From: an uncultured delta proteobacterium
Lineage (GTDB): Bacteria > Desulfobacterota > Desulfobacteria > Desulfobacterales > UBA11574
NCBI GenBank assembly: GCA_963778575.1
Contig: CAVZUV010000008.1
Coordinates: 86,746 to 150,745, forward strand
Direction of reading: 5' to 3'
DNA: 64,000 nucleotides
Position numbers and translations under genes: made by a program. Positions 8,664-17,223 of this stretch are shown here, piece after piece. Below the pieces are notes generated by a model. The model had not been told where the DNA came from. It made no database searches and saw only the letters and a list, made by a program, of their open reading frames with translations. Positions within the stretch are counted from its first letter, which is position 1, and every line of letters begins with the position of its first letter.

Positions 8664-10136
8664 TTGACAGTGGAACCCTTGAAGCTCGTCATCATCGAGG
8701 ACGAGAAAGCCCATTTCAGCCTGATGAAGCGGGCCATCGCCAAAGAATTTCCAAACGCCTCGGTCTATCATTTTCAGGATGCCACCACATGCCTTGACCG
8801 CCTTGACAGCATCGTTCCCTCCGTCATCATCACGGATTACCTTCTGCCGGGTATGAACGGTATCGAGTTCTTGGAGACCCTAAGTCAAAAGGGCGGAGAT
8901 GTCCCGGTGATTATGATCACGGGCCAGGGAGACGAGAATATCGCTGTCCGCGCCATGAAATTGGGAGCTATCGATTATCTGGTCAAGTCCAGGAATTTTT
9001 TTACCCTGCTTCCCGCCGTCATTGAAAAAGTGATTCAAAAAAACAGACTTGAGCAATCTCTTTTAAAATTCGAAAAACGATTTCAGGACATGGCTGAAAA
9101 CACATCGGACTGGGTCTGGGAGATGGACGCCCAAGGCAGGTATATCTATTCAAACCCTCTTGTAGAAGACATCACCGGCTATCGCTGTGACGAGGTGATC
9201 GGTAGATACTTTTACGATTTTTTATCTTCAGAAAATAAAGAAGTCTTAAAAGCGACGATCTTTGATCTGATATCCCAATTAAAACCCATCAAGTCCCTTG
9301 ATAATATTCTGGTTCGAAAAGACGGATTTGAAGCGATCATGGAGACCAGTGGCGTTCCGTGTTTGGACAAAAAGGGAAACTTAACCTGCTACAGGGGCGT
9401 CAATCGAGACATTAGTGAACGAAAACGTGCCGAATCCCGTATTCGACGCCTATCTCAACAATTATTAAAAGCACAGGAAACCGAACGTCAGATGATTTCC
9501 TTTGAGCTCCACGACCGGGTGGCACAAGATCTTTCCGCTACAAAAATCGGGTTTGACATGCTTTTAAAGGCTCAGCCTTCATTGGATTTCGCAGTAAAAG
9601 AAAAATTGCTGGACATCTCAAATTGCCTTCAAAGGGCCATCAATGCCATCCGTGATCTCTCATATGATTTGCAACCTCCGGCCCTGGCGGAAATGGGCCT
9701 TGTGAAAGCGCTTGAAATATATTGTGAAGAATTTTATAGCCAATTGGGAATAAAAGTTGACTTCCAATCGGCGGGTTTAAATTTATTCGGACTGGATTCG
9801 AATACCGAAATCCATCTTTACCGTTTGGTTCAAGAAGGTCTAAACAATATCCGCAAACATGCCGATACCGACCAGGCCGTCGTCAGGCTTGTGGGCGTAT
9901 TCCCGAATATCATTCTTCGCATTGAAGACAGCGGAAAAGGTTTTGATATCAAGATACGGGAGATTGAATTGGGCGATGAAAAGCGGATGGGCCTTCGAAG
10001 CATGAGAGAAAGAACCGGCTTGCTGGGTGGTCAAATGATTGTTCAATCGCGTCCGATGCACGGCACCAGAATATTTATAAAAATACCTTGCCAGGAGCAA
10101 AACCGTGAGTCCAAAAAAACGCATATTGATTATTGA
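8664..10136 (+). CDS. hybrid receiver-PAS-histidine kinase (HisKA_3/NarL-type)
   Basis: N-terminal REC (VIITDYLLPGMNG), a PAS segment, H-box ELHDRVAQDLSA and a HATPase domain. The start is TTG 8664 or GTG 8670. Confidence 0.85.
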   Translation: MTVEPLKLVIIEDEKAHFSLMKRAIAKEFPNASVYHFQDATTCLDRLDSIVPSVIITDYLLPGMNGIEFLETLSQKGGDVPVIMITGQGDENIAVRAMKLGAIDYLVKSRNFFTLLPAVIEKVIQKNRLEQSLLKFEKRFQDMAENTSDWVWEMDAQGRYIYSNPLVEDITGYRCDEVIGRYFYDFLSSENKEVLKATIFDLISQLKPIKSLDNILVRKDGFEAIMETSGVPCLDKKGNLTCYRGVNRDISERKRAESRIRRLSQQLLKAQETERQMISFELHDRVAQDLSATKIGFDMLLKAQPSLDFAVKEKLLDISNCLQRAINAIRDLSYDLQPPALAEMGLVKALEIYCEEFYSQLGIKVDFQSAGLNLFGLDSNTEIHLYRLVQEGLNNIRKHADTDQAVVRLVGVFPNIILRIEDSGKGFDIKIREIELGDEKRMGLRSMRERTGLLGGQMIVQSRPMHGTRIFIKIPCQEQNRESKKTHIDY

Positions 10137-10782
10137 CGATCATCCCCTCTTTCGGGAAGGTATAAAGGCGATCATCGGACACAACCCCGGATATGAAATC
10201 GTCGGGGAAACAGGTACCGGCCGTCAAGGGCTTCAAATGGCCAAAGAGTGCAAGCCCGATCTGGTTTTGCTGGACGTGGGGCTGCCGGATGTCAGAGGAC
10301 TTGTTTTGATCGGAGATATTTTAAGGTGTTCTCCCAAAATCCGTGTCATGGTTGTCAGTATGCATTCCAAAATAGACTATATCGTAAAGGCATTTCAGTC
10401 CGGCGCCATGGGCTATTTGGTCAAAGAATCTGCCGCGGATTTGCTCTTGGGGGCTATTGATCATGTGTTAAAGGGCCATTACTTTATGGACACGTCGGTA
10501 TCCCATCAGGTGGTCAAAAAGCTTATCGGTTTGCCGGAAAAGCAGTTGGCGGTGGCAGGTTCCGGCTACGACTTGCTGACCGCCAGGGAACAGGAAGTCA
10601 TGGGTCTTTTAGCCGAAGGACTGTCAACAGAGCAGGTTTCGGAAAAACTCTTCATCAGCCGCAAAACCGTTGAAAACCATCGCCACAGCATCATGAAAAA
10701 GCTCGATCTGCATAGCACGATTGAGTTGACCCGTTATGCTGCAAAGCTCGGTCTCATCGACATCGATTTGTGGAAAGAATAA
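10105..10782 (+). CDS. LuxR/NarL-family response regulator
   Basis: GTG start after an AGGAG RBS. REC (LVLLDVGLPD) plus a C-terminal LuxR HTH (LTAREQEVMGLLAEGLSTEQVSEKLFISRKTVENHR). Confidence 0.9.
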   Translation: MSPKKRILIIDDHPLFREGIKAIIGHNPGYEIVGETGTGRQGLQMAKECKPDLVLLDVGLPDVRGLVLIGDILRCSPKIRVMVVSMHSKIDYIVKAFQSGAMGYLVKESAADLLLGAIDHVLKGHYFMDTSVSHQVVKKLIGLPEKQLAVAGSGYDLLTAREQEVMGLLAEGLSTEQVSEKLFISRKTVENHRHSIMKKLDLHSTIELTRYAAKLGLIDIDLWKE

Positions 10783-10946
10783 TTTTTCATTAACCTTTTG
10801 TCCAAATCGAACGAACCTCGATGAATCCGTATCCCGTCGATTCCCTTCCTTTGTATGGGGAAAATTTCCCCCCCTTAGGAAATTTTCTCAGAAAAAATGA
10901 ATCCGCCACCCTATGGACAAATCCAGTAAAGTCGATAATAAATGAA
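10783..10946. repeat. conserved intergenic module, copy 2
   Basis: See 5545..5712. Contains the perfect palindrome GGGGAAAATTTCCCC. Confidence 0.65.
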
Positions 10947-11023
10947 TCACAATTCCATTTGAGCTGTTTTTTTTCTTTTCATACTCTTGAAGCACAAAAT
11001 TGTTGTAATTTTGGGAGGTGTGC

Positions 11024-11194
11024 ATGGCAGACAATCTTGACAATCATCCAAAAGATCAATTCCCGGATCTAAAACATCTTATTCAAAGCATTCAGCATCT
11101 TGAAGGAAATCTGGATTGTTTCGGCAAATCAGATGGGAACTGCGACCGTGAAGATTGTCTTTGGCGTGAATACTGCCTGAAGGAAAAAGGATAA
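11024..11194 (+). CDS. small Cys-rich protein (56 aa), below the ORF-track cutoff
   Basis: GGGAGG RBS 6 nt before the ATG. MADNLDNHPKDQFPDLKHLIQSIQHLEGNLDCFGKSDGNCDREDCLWREYCLKEKG, with four Cys in C-x7-C-x4-C-x5-C spacing. Confidence 0.5.
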   Translation: MADNLDNHPKDQFPDLKHLIQSIQHLEGNLDCFGKSDGNCDREDCLWREYCLKEKG

Positions 11195-11237
11195 AAGATT
11201 TAAGATTGCAAGGGAGTTTATCTTTAGGAGGGGTGAC

Positions 11238-11534
11238 ATGTCAAAAGGAAAATCAAATCAGAAAACCAAACGAAAAAAATGGACATTCCTATTGGAAGCA
11301 AAAGATGCCCAAGAGGTTCTCTTGCTGGGAGATTTTAACAATTGGAGTTCGGGAAAACACCCCATGCAAAGAGATGAAAATGGGATATGGAATAAGACCG
11401 TGATGCTTTTTCCCGGAAATCACGAATATAAATTTCTGGTCGACGGGCAGTGGAGAGAAGACCCTTCGAACGACCGTCTGTGCCCGAACTGTTTCGGGAC
11501 ATACAATAGTGTCATTAACCTTTCTGGATCCTAA
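11238..11534 (+). CDS. stand-alone CBM48 glycogen-binding domain protein (paralog of 1385..1681)
   Basis: 98 aa with [59 protein letters not shown]. Confidence 0.85.
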   Translation: MSKGKSNQKTKRKKWTFLLEAKDAQEVLLLGDFNNWSSGKHPMQRDENGIWNKTVMLFPGNHEYKFLVDGQWREDPSNDRLCPNCFGTYNSVINLSGS

Positions 11535-11683
11535 TTCGGCCGATTCCGTTTCTTTAAACACTGATCGCATCAACTAAGTGTCAGAAAAGACAAACCGAAA
11601 AATATTTGCGAACCTTTCGCCGGACAATAAATTATCGACCCGAGCGAAGATATAAAGGTGCGCTAATAACAAAAGGTGAAGCA

Positions 11684-11971
11684 ATGGCATCCAATTTCAG
11701 AATTTATTGTCACCAAAACAGCGATAATCTTCATCTAAAACTCCTGGGAGACTTTGACGGTACATCCGCTTATGAGCTGATCCGTGCCTTGGAAAAATAT
11801 CAGGGAAACGGTGGAAAGGTTTTTATTCACACATGTGCGCTTTCTTCCGTTCATCCGTTCGGCCTGGAAGTATTTCAAAAAAATTGTTCGATCAAGAAGC
11901 TGTCCCAAACTCTGACCTTTACCGGAGAATATGGGACAGCGATTGCGCCGCAAGGGAGCAATGCACTCTGA
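11684..11971 (+). CDS. small hypothetical protein, possibly STAS/anti-sigma-antagonist-like
   Basis: ATG 11684 after an AAGGTGA RBS. The pattern LHLKLLGDFDGTSAYELIRAL resembles STAS proteins, but the assignment is tentative. Confidence 0.4.
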   Translation: MASNFRIYCHQNSDNLHLKLLGDFDGTSAYELIRALEKYQGNGGKVFIHTCALSSVHPFGLEVFQKNCSIKKLSQTLTFTGEYGTAIAPQGSNAL

Positions 11972-12132
11972 TGGCGACCAATTTGGATTGATGATTTATG
12001 ATTGTTGATTGATGATTGAAGGCATTGCTCGCGAAACGCCCGCATCGTTTCATATTTCATGTGTTGCAGTTCGACTTTTTGACTAAAAAACGGAGTGTTC
12101 ATTACACATTAGATACACAGGATCATTAGATC

Positions 12133-13833
12133 ATGATTAATTCTCCAGCCAATCCCCGGATACTGCTGGTGACACCTGAGGTTACCTATCTTCCCGATGG
12201 AATGGGGCAATTTGCCAATGGTTTAAATGCCAAAGCCGGGGGGCTTGCCGATGTGTCGGCAGCATTGATCAATGCACTGTACCGTCGAGGCGCCGATGTC
12301 CATGTCGCCTTGCCCGACTATCGGTCCATATTTAGCGGCAGTATGGCACCCATTGTAAAAAGAGAACTCGGTAAATTAAGAAACAGCGTTCCGGAAGAAA
12401 GAATCCATCTGGCTCAAGACAGGGCATTTTTCTATCTGAACCATATTTATTCCGAAAATGAGTTTGAAAACGTTAAAATATCGCTGGTCTTTCAGCGAGA
12501 CGTGATCAACAATATTATTCCCAGAGTGCAGCCTGATTTAATCCATTGCAATGACTGGATGACCGCTTTGATTCCGGCCGTGGCCAGACATTTGGGCATT
12601 CCCTGTCTGTTTACCATTCACAACATCCATACGGTTAAATGCACTCTTTCCGAAATCGAGGAAAGGGGCATTGACAGTGCTTTGTTCTGGCAGAACCTTT
12701 ATTATGAAAATTTCCCTTCCAATTATGAAAATACCAGAAACTCGATCCCTGTAGATTTTCTGGCCAGCGGTGTTTTTGCCGCTCATTTTGTCAACACGGT
12801 CAGCCCCGGATTTTTAGAAGAAATGGTCGAAGGCCGGCACGGATTTGTGAAAAATTGTATGCAACAAGAGCTGGCCAACAAAAATAACGCCGGATGTGCC
12901 ATGGGAATTTTAAATGCCCCCGACCCTTCTTATCACCCATCCAATGATGAGGTACAGCCCTGCAAGTATTCCGCAAGCAATCATGCTTTGGGAAAAAAGA
13001 CCAATAAGCGGATGTTTCAAAAAGATTTGGGTTTGATCCGGGACCCCCAAGCCCCCATCTTTTTTTGGCCTTCACGTCTGGATCCGGTTCAAAAAGGATG
13101 CCGATTATTAGCGGATATCCTTTATGAGGTCGTTTGCCGCTATCGGAAAGAGAATCTTGAAATTGTTTTTGTGGCGGACGGGGAGTTTCAAAGGCATTTT
13201 AAAGACATCGTTCGATATCACGATTTGTTCGATCGTGTGGCAATATGTGATTTTAATGAACGTTTGGCCCGGCTGGCTTACGGGGCGTCGGATTTTGTAT
13301 TCATGCCTTCAAGTTTAGAACCCTGCGGTCTTCCCCAGATGATCGGTCCGATATACGGCGTCCTCCCGGTGGCTCATGATACCGGCGGCATTCATGATAC
13401 GGTATTTCAATTGGATGTTTCTAAGGATACGGGCAACGGATTTTTGTTTAACACCTTCGATTCAGGCGGTTTGTCATGGGCCATTGATCAGGCCATGCAG
13501 TTTTATAGAATGTCCTCTGATATCAAAGATCGGCAGATCCGTCGAATAATGACGGAAAGCGCCGCAATATTTAATCATCAGGTCACCGCAAAACAATATA
13601 TCGATCTATATGAAAAGATGCTTCAGCGCCCACTCATTAACCGGGAAAATATTGATTCTCCTGATATCCGTAACATTTCAAGTCAGAAAGGATATCATAA
13701 ACCAAACAGAAAAGATCCGAAGACGCATCGGTTTCCATTAGAACATCCGGATGCACGAAATATTATCCGTTTTCCAAAAAGACACCGGGATGTTGAGAAA
13801 CAGCGACTCCAAAAATATCGGGTAAATTCATAG
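12133..13833 (+). CDS. glgA: glycogen synthase-like glycosyltransferase (GT5) with ~90-aa basic C-terminal extension
   Basis: N-terminal ILLVTPEVTYL...KAGGLADVSAAL (the K-x-GGL-x-DV hallmark). C-terminal PSSLEPCGLPQM. Confidence 0.8.
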   Translation: MINSPANPRILLVTPEVTYLPDGMGQFANGLNAKAGGLADVSAALINALYRRGADVHVALPDYRSIFSGSMAPIVKRELGKLRNSVPEERIHLAQDRAFFYLNHIYSENEFENVKISLVFQRDVINNIIPRVQPDLIHCNDWMTALIPAVARHLGIPCLFTIHNIHTVKCTLSEIEERGIDSALFWQNLYYENFPSNYENTRNSIPVDFLASGVFAAHFVNTVSPGFLEEMVEGRHGFVKNCMQQELANKNNAGCAMGILNAPDPSYHPSNDEVQPCKYSASNHALGKKTNKRMFQKDLGLIRDPQAPIFFWPSRLDPVQKGCRLLADILYEVVCRYRKENLEIVFVADGEFQRHFKDIVRYHDLFDRVAICDFNERLARLAYGASDFVFMPSSLEPCGLPQMIGPIYGVLPVAHDTGGIHDTVFQLDVSKDTGNGFLFNTFDSGGLSWAIDQAMQFYRMSSDIKDRQIRRIMTESAAIFNHQVTAKQYIDLYEKMLQRPLINRENIDSPDIRNISSQKGYHKPNRKDPKTHRFPLEHPDARNIIRFPKRHRDVEKQRLQKYRVNS

Positions 13834-13863
13834 AAAAGTCCTAATGATGAAAGCAAATGACTG

Positions 13864-14175
13864 ATGGAAGCATTATTGAGAACGATATTTGAGGCTTTTC
13901 CCGATAAATCGAAAATCATCTTTAAAGGCAAATGTTCCGACTGCGGCAACGATGTCGTCATTGATATTATTCCCACATCAGAAGGCTTCGGATTGTTAGG
14001 GGGTGGTTTTGTTGAATGGTCAACGGAAAAGTACGCCGCTAAATGCCAAAGTTGTTATAAGGTGAATTCTAAAATGCTTGAGCGGTATGAGGCAAATCCC
14101 AACGTTTTGCCGATATTTGATAAAAAAGGCCTTTTGAGTTCCATATTGTCATTAAAAAGCCGGATGGAGATATGA
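13864..14175 (+). CDS. hypothetical small protein with two CxxC pairs
   Basis: 103 aa with KCSDCGND and KCQSCYK. No clear RBS. Confidence 0.45.
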   Translation: MEALLRTIFEAFPDKSKIIFKGKCSDCGNDVVIDIIPTSEGFGLLGGGFVEWSTEKYAAKCQSCYKVNSKMLERYEANPNVLPIFDKKGLLSSILSLKSRMEI

Positions 14176-14177
14176 AT

Positions 14178-14276
14178 ATGAAAAAAATCCTTTCAGAATG
14201 GTTAATTCTGCTATTTCCCATCACGTGCATCATTGCAAGCATCACCTTCTCCGTATTAAACACTGTGGGAAAATAG
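14178..14276 (+). CDS. candidate 32-aa single-pass membrane peptide
   Basis: GGAG 8 nt upstream. MKKILSEWLILLFPITCIIASITFSVLNTVGK. It abuts the stop of 13864..14175, and an alternative ATG 14172 forms an ATGA overlap with that stop. Confidence 0.35.
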   Translation: MKKILSEWLILLFPITCIIASITFSVLNTVGK

Positions 14277-14285
14277 CGGTTTTAT

Positions 14286-14433
14286 CTATAAGCCATCTCA
14301 AAATGAGGATTTTCGGTCAAAATAAAGGCGAGGCCGAGGATCAACCCGCAGGCATACTCAAGTATGTCGAGGACTTGAGACGAGGGCTCAACGTCGATAT
14401 CGGACGAAAAGACCTTTTTGAGATGGCTTATAG
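14286..14433. repeat. ~145-nt imperfect palindromic element, copy B
   Basis: CTATAAGCCATCTCAAAA ... TTTTGAGATGGCTTATAG form 18-nt inverted termini. The core is nearly identical to 2194..2337. Confidence 0.8.
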
Positions 14434-14588
14434 TCTTTCCTGAGTGCCAGCCTTGCTTTTAAAATCACAAATTCCAAGCACCCAACACCAAATTAACCCA
14501 CCGCTGAGGATAACCAACGCCGGGTTCTCTATGCCAAAATTTTTACTTATTAACGCTTCATATTTTGCTTTTTGCCGCCCAACATCCC

Positions 14589-14614
14589 TTTACATCCTGT
14601 AAAAAATACTGACA
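14589..14614 (+). promoter_or_regulatory. 26-nt upstream element, copy 2
   Basis: TTTACATCCTGTAAAAAATACTGACA, 121 nt upstream of the TGGCAC at 14710. Confidence 0.7.
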
Positions 14615-14670
14615 TCAGTTTTTTTTCTTCCATGGAGAAACGTTAACGGGTCATTAAAAATTAGCGGATT

Positions 14671-14683
14671 TATCAAAGAGTTA
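14671..14683 (+). promoter_or_regulatory. IHF-like site at -39
   Basis: TATCAAAGAGTTA is a full match to WATCAANNNNTTR. Confidence 0.5.
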
Positions 14684-14709
14684 TTTAAACGCTTTTTAAA
14701 AGACGCCTT

Positions 14710-14724
14710 TGGCACACCTTTTGC
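14710..14724 (+). promoter_or_regulatory. sigma-54 (-24/-12) promoter
   Basis: TGGCAC-ACCTT-TTGC is a perfect consensus, 81 nt upstream of the ATG at 14805. Confidence 0.8.
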
Positions 14725-14804
14725 GATGTTAATAATCGAGGTTTTTACATTTATCCGCATGGTACGGATTTCAAATGGAATAGCAGAAGCAAGGGAGGTA
14801 CCAA

Positions 14805-16085
14805 ATGAAGGGAATGAGAAAGATATACGACATGCTCATGTGGGGGGCATATGCCCATGCAAAATGGGAATATGAAACAAGCATGTCCATTCTTAGAAAC
14901 AAAAAGAAAATGCTTTTTCTGCTGATACTGGCTGTTGTCCTGGTCTCCACGGCTACAGTCCTGGTCTATGCAAAAGGGGCTCTGACACTCGGAGGAAGTA
15001 AAGCGTATGCCCCCCCGATCGGTTTTGCCGCGGGCGCCTTTATCGTTGCAATATTAGTGGGTTTTGCAGCAGGATTGATGACGGGAGCCATCGGCGTCGG
15101 CGGCGGGGTCGTCGTCACCCCGGCCTTGATGAGCGCGGGAATTAGAGGCATCGTCGTGGTGGGTACCGATCTTTTACACATGTTTGCCAAAGCTATTATG
15201 GGAACCGCCGTCCACAAGAAATTGGGGAACGTGAACTATCGTCTTGCCATCGCATTTGTGGTCGGCTCTTGTATCGGTGTTACTTGCGGCGGATACATAA
15301 ACAGAACTGTTTATAACATAAATCCGGTGCTGAGCGATGCGTTCATCAGCATAATCTATGTTGCCTTGCTCGGGTTTCTCGGTTTCTATGCCATTCAGGA
15401 TTACTTTCGCCTTAGAAAGGCAGGGGATTTAGTACAAGAAAAACAAGATAAAAAGGTGGAAATATCAGGGACCGCCCGAAAACTGCAGTCGCTGAAAATT
15501 CCCCCTATGATAAAATTCGATGAAGATCTGGTGCCCGGCGGAAGAAAGATATCTTTCCTTTTGGTCACCATTGTCGGTTTTTTTGTGGGGACATTTGCCG
15601 CAATAATGGGCGTCGGCGGCGGATTTCTAACATTTCCCTCCTTTGTTTATCTGCTCGGGATATCCTCTTTTACGACCGTCGGAACAGATATCTTCCAGAT
15701 CGTCTTCACGACGGGTTATGCTTCCATCGCCCAATATGCCATATATGGATTCATTTTTGTTTCACTGGCAATGGGCCTCCTTTTGGGATCGCTCATCGGC
15801 GTTCAATTCGGAGCGCTCACCACCAAGGTCGTGAAAGGCATGCACATCAGGGCATTTTACGGCTTGGTCATGCTCGCGGGCTTTATGAACCGGCTGCTGG
15901 CCCTACCCTCTAAGTTATCGGATTTAGGATTCATTCACATCTCAAAATCTCTGGGGGGCAACCTGAAGCTGGCCGGAGTCGTCATACTGTTCGGAATCAT
16001 AACCTACTTTGCGCTGTGGGTTTTTTACCGCTTTATAACCAATGTTCAAACGTTTAGACAGGAAGCCCTGAAAATGGAGGGATAG
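14805..16085 (+). CDS. TauE/SafE (DUF81)-family anion permease-like membrane protein
   Basis: 426 aa and polytopic. Two internal repeats with TGAIGVGGGVVVTPALM and AAIMGVGGGFLTFPSFVYLLG. Paralog at 37504..38803. Confidence 0.75.
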   Translation: MKGMRKIYDMLMWGAYAHAKWEYETSMSILRNKKKMLFLLILAVVLVSTATVLVYAKGALTLGGSKAYAPPIGFAAGAFIVAILVGFAAGLMTGAIGVGGGVVVTPALMSAGIRGIVVVGTDLLHMFAKAIMGTAVHKKLGNVNYRLAIAFVVGSCIGVTCGGYINRTVYNINPVLSDAFISIIYVALLGFLGFYAIQDYFRLRKAGDLVQEKQDKKVEISGTARKLQSLKIPPMIKFDEDLVPGGRKISFLLVTIVGFFVGTFAAIMGVGGGFLTFPSFVYLLGISSFTTVGTDIFQIVFTTGYASIAQYAIYGFIFVSLAMGLLLGSLIGVQFGALTTKVVKGMHIRAFYGLVMLAGFMNRLLALPSKLSDLGFIHISKSLGGNLKLAGVVILFGIITYFALWVFYRFITNVQTFRQEALKMEG

Positions 16086-16088
16086 AAA

Positions 16089-16796
16089 ATGGAACTCGTT
16101 TTGAATAAAAAGGAATTCACACTGGGGGCGGTCCTCACGGTTGCCTTCTTTGTCTTTTTGTTTGCAATACATACCATCGCAGTCATCAGCATCAACGGAA
16201 AATCCCTGGTGCGTTACACCGATGAGATGTTTGTATCCGTATCCAAAGGCTCGGTTTACTTTATCCCGGAGCTTGTGAAATCGGCAGACAAACATGTTGG
16301 AAAAATTCTCGATGTCAAAATAAAGAAAAACGAAAAAGCGGCAATGCTCTTCAAAAAGGCGAACGCAAGCGTTATTTCGGAAAATGGAGATCTGAAGATA
16401 AAAGGGGATTTGGGCGAGATATTAAAAAGCGTCCTTGCAGATGCCGACGCCGTCTTCAAGGGTGAAGACAAGCCATTATACGAGAGATACGGATATGCCG
16501 GTAAGGAGGTTGTGCTTCAGTGGTGGTTGGCTTTTAAAGAAATAGAGGGCGTGTTTCAAAAAGCCAAAAAGTTTGCTGGAATAAAACCCTTGGAAACGGT
16601 AAGAATCAAGGCACTTGAGCCGGCATTTAACTTTTATGGGGTCGAAGCAACATCCGCCTCGCAACATGTTTGGGGCATAACCGGTATTATTGGATTCTAC
16701 GTGGTATACACGGTGTGGTGGGGATATGCCATATACTTTCTTTGCGAGGGCGTGGGACTGCTGATGAAAAAATCCAAGGAAAAAAAGGAAGCGTAA
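16089..16796 (+). CDS. conserved hypothetical membrane protein, partner of the TauE-like gene
   Basis: 235 aa with one N-terminal and two C-terminal TM helices. Homologous to 38800..39486 (GDLGEILKSVLADADAVF vs GDLAKILSNCLADADSMY). Starts 4 nt after the upstream stop. Confidence 0.7.
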   Translation: MELVLNKKEFTLGAVLTVAFFVFLFAIHTIAVISINGKSLVRYTDEMFVSVSKGSVYFIPELVKSADKHVGKILDVKIKKNEKAAMLFKKANASVISENGDLKIKGDLGEILKSVLADADAVFKGEDKPLYERYGYAGKEVVLQWWLAFKEIEGVFQKAKKFAGIKPLETVRIKALEPAFNFYGVEATSASQHVWGITGIIGFYVVYTVWWGYAIYFLCEGVGLLMKKSKEKKEA

Positions 16797-16856
16797 ACTT
16801 TTTAAAAATGAAGGTCGTTTTCCGTCATTCATTGGTTTTGTTCAAAGGTTTGAAAC

Positions 16857-17108
16857 ATGTTAAGCAATATGGGTAAAGCCGATCGGCTGATTCGCACGGC
16901 AGCGGTGTTTGTCATTGTCTTCGGCAGTATTTATTTTAATGGATTGTGGGCGATTTTGGGTGTTCTGATTCTTTTAACCGCCGTTATGGGTTGGTGTCCG
17001 ATTTATGCTCTCTTCCATTTGTCCACCACCAGAGAGCAAGCAGAAATACCTGCAAATACATCCGGTGAACATAAACCGCGGCGCGGACCGAAACGATTGT
17101 TAAAATAA
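16857..17108 (+). CDS. DUF2892 (YgaP-like) small membrane protein
   Basis: DRLIRTAAVFVIVFG ... LLTAVMGWCPIYALF, the characteristic GWCP-x-Y motif. Confidence 0.7.
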   Translation: MLSNMGKADRLIRTAAVFVIVFGSIYFNGLWAILGVLILLTAVMGWCPIYALFHLSTTREQAEIPANTSGEHKPRRGPKRLLK

Positions 17109-17223
17109 CCGAGTCCGGGGAAGTTTTCTTAAAAAAAAGCGCTGCATGGTGCGTCCTTGGAGCGATTTGAAAAATAAAAACGCCGCGACGCAGCATGTAA
17201 CTTCGTCATCAAAGGAGCCTGTC

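Noticed and set aside
10925-10940. GTCGATAA (ATCGACAA in copy 1) as a sigma-28 (FliA) -10 box in the conserved intergenic module
   Set aside because: No TAAA -35 element lies at the required ~15-nt spacing in either copy, so this cannot be supported from sequence.
10821-11072. 83-aa ORF overlapping intergenic module copy 2 (a 23-aa look-alike exists in copy 1)
   Set aside because: The two copies differ by indels that break the reading frame, so conservation is at the nucleotide level. There is no RBS.
11985-12020. GATTGATGATT-type short tandem or low-complexity repeats downstream of 11971
   Set aside because: They are very short and imperfect with no second locus. This is most likely AT-rich spacer noise.
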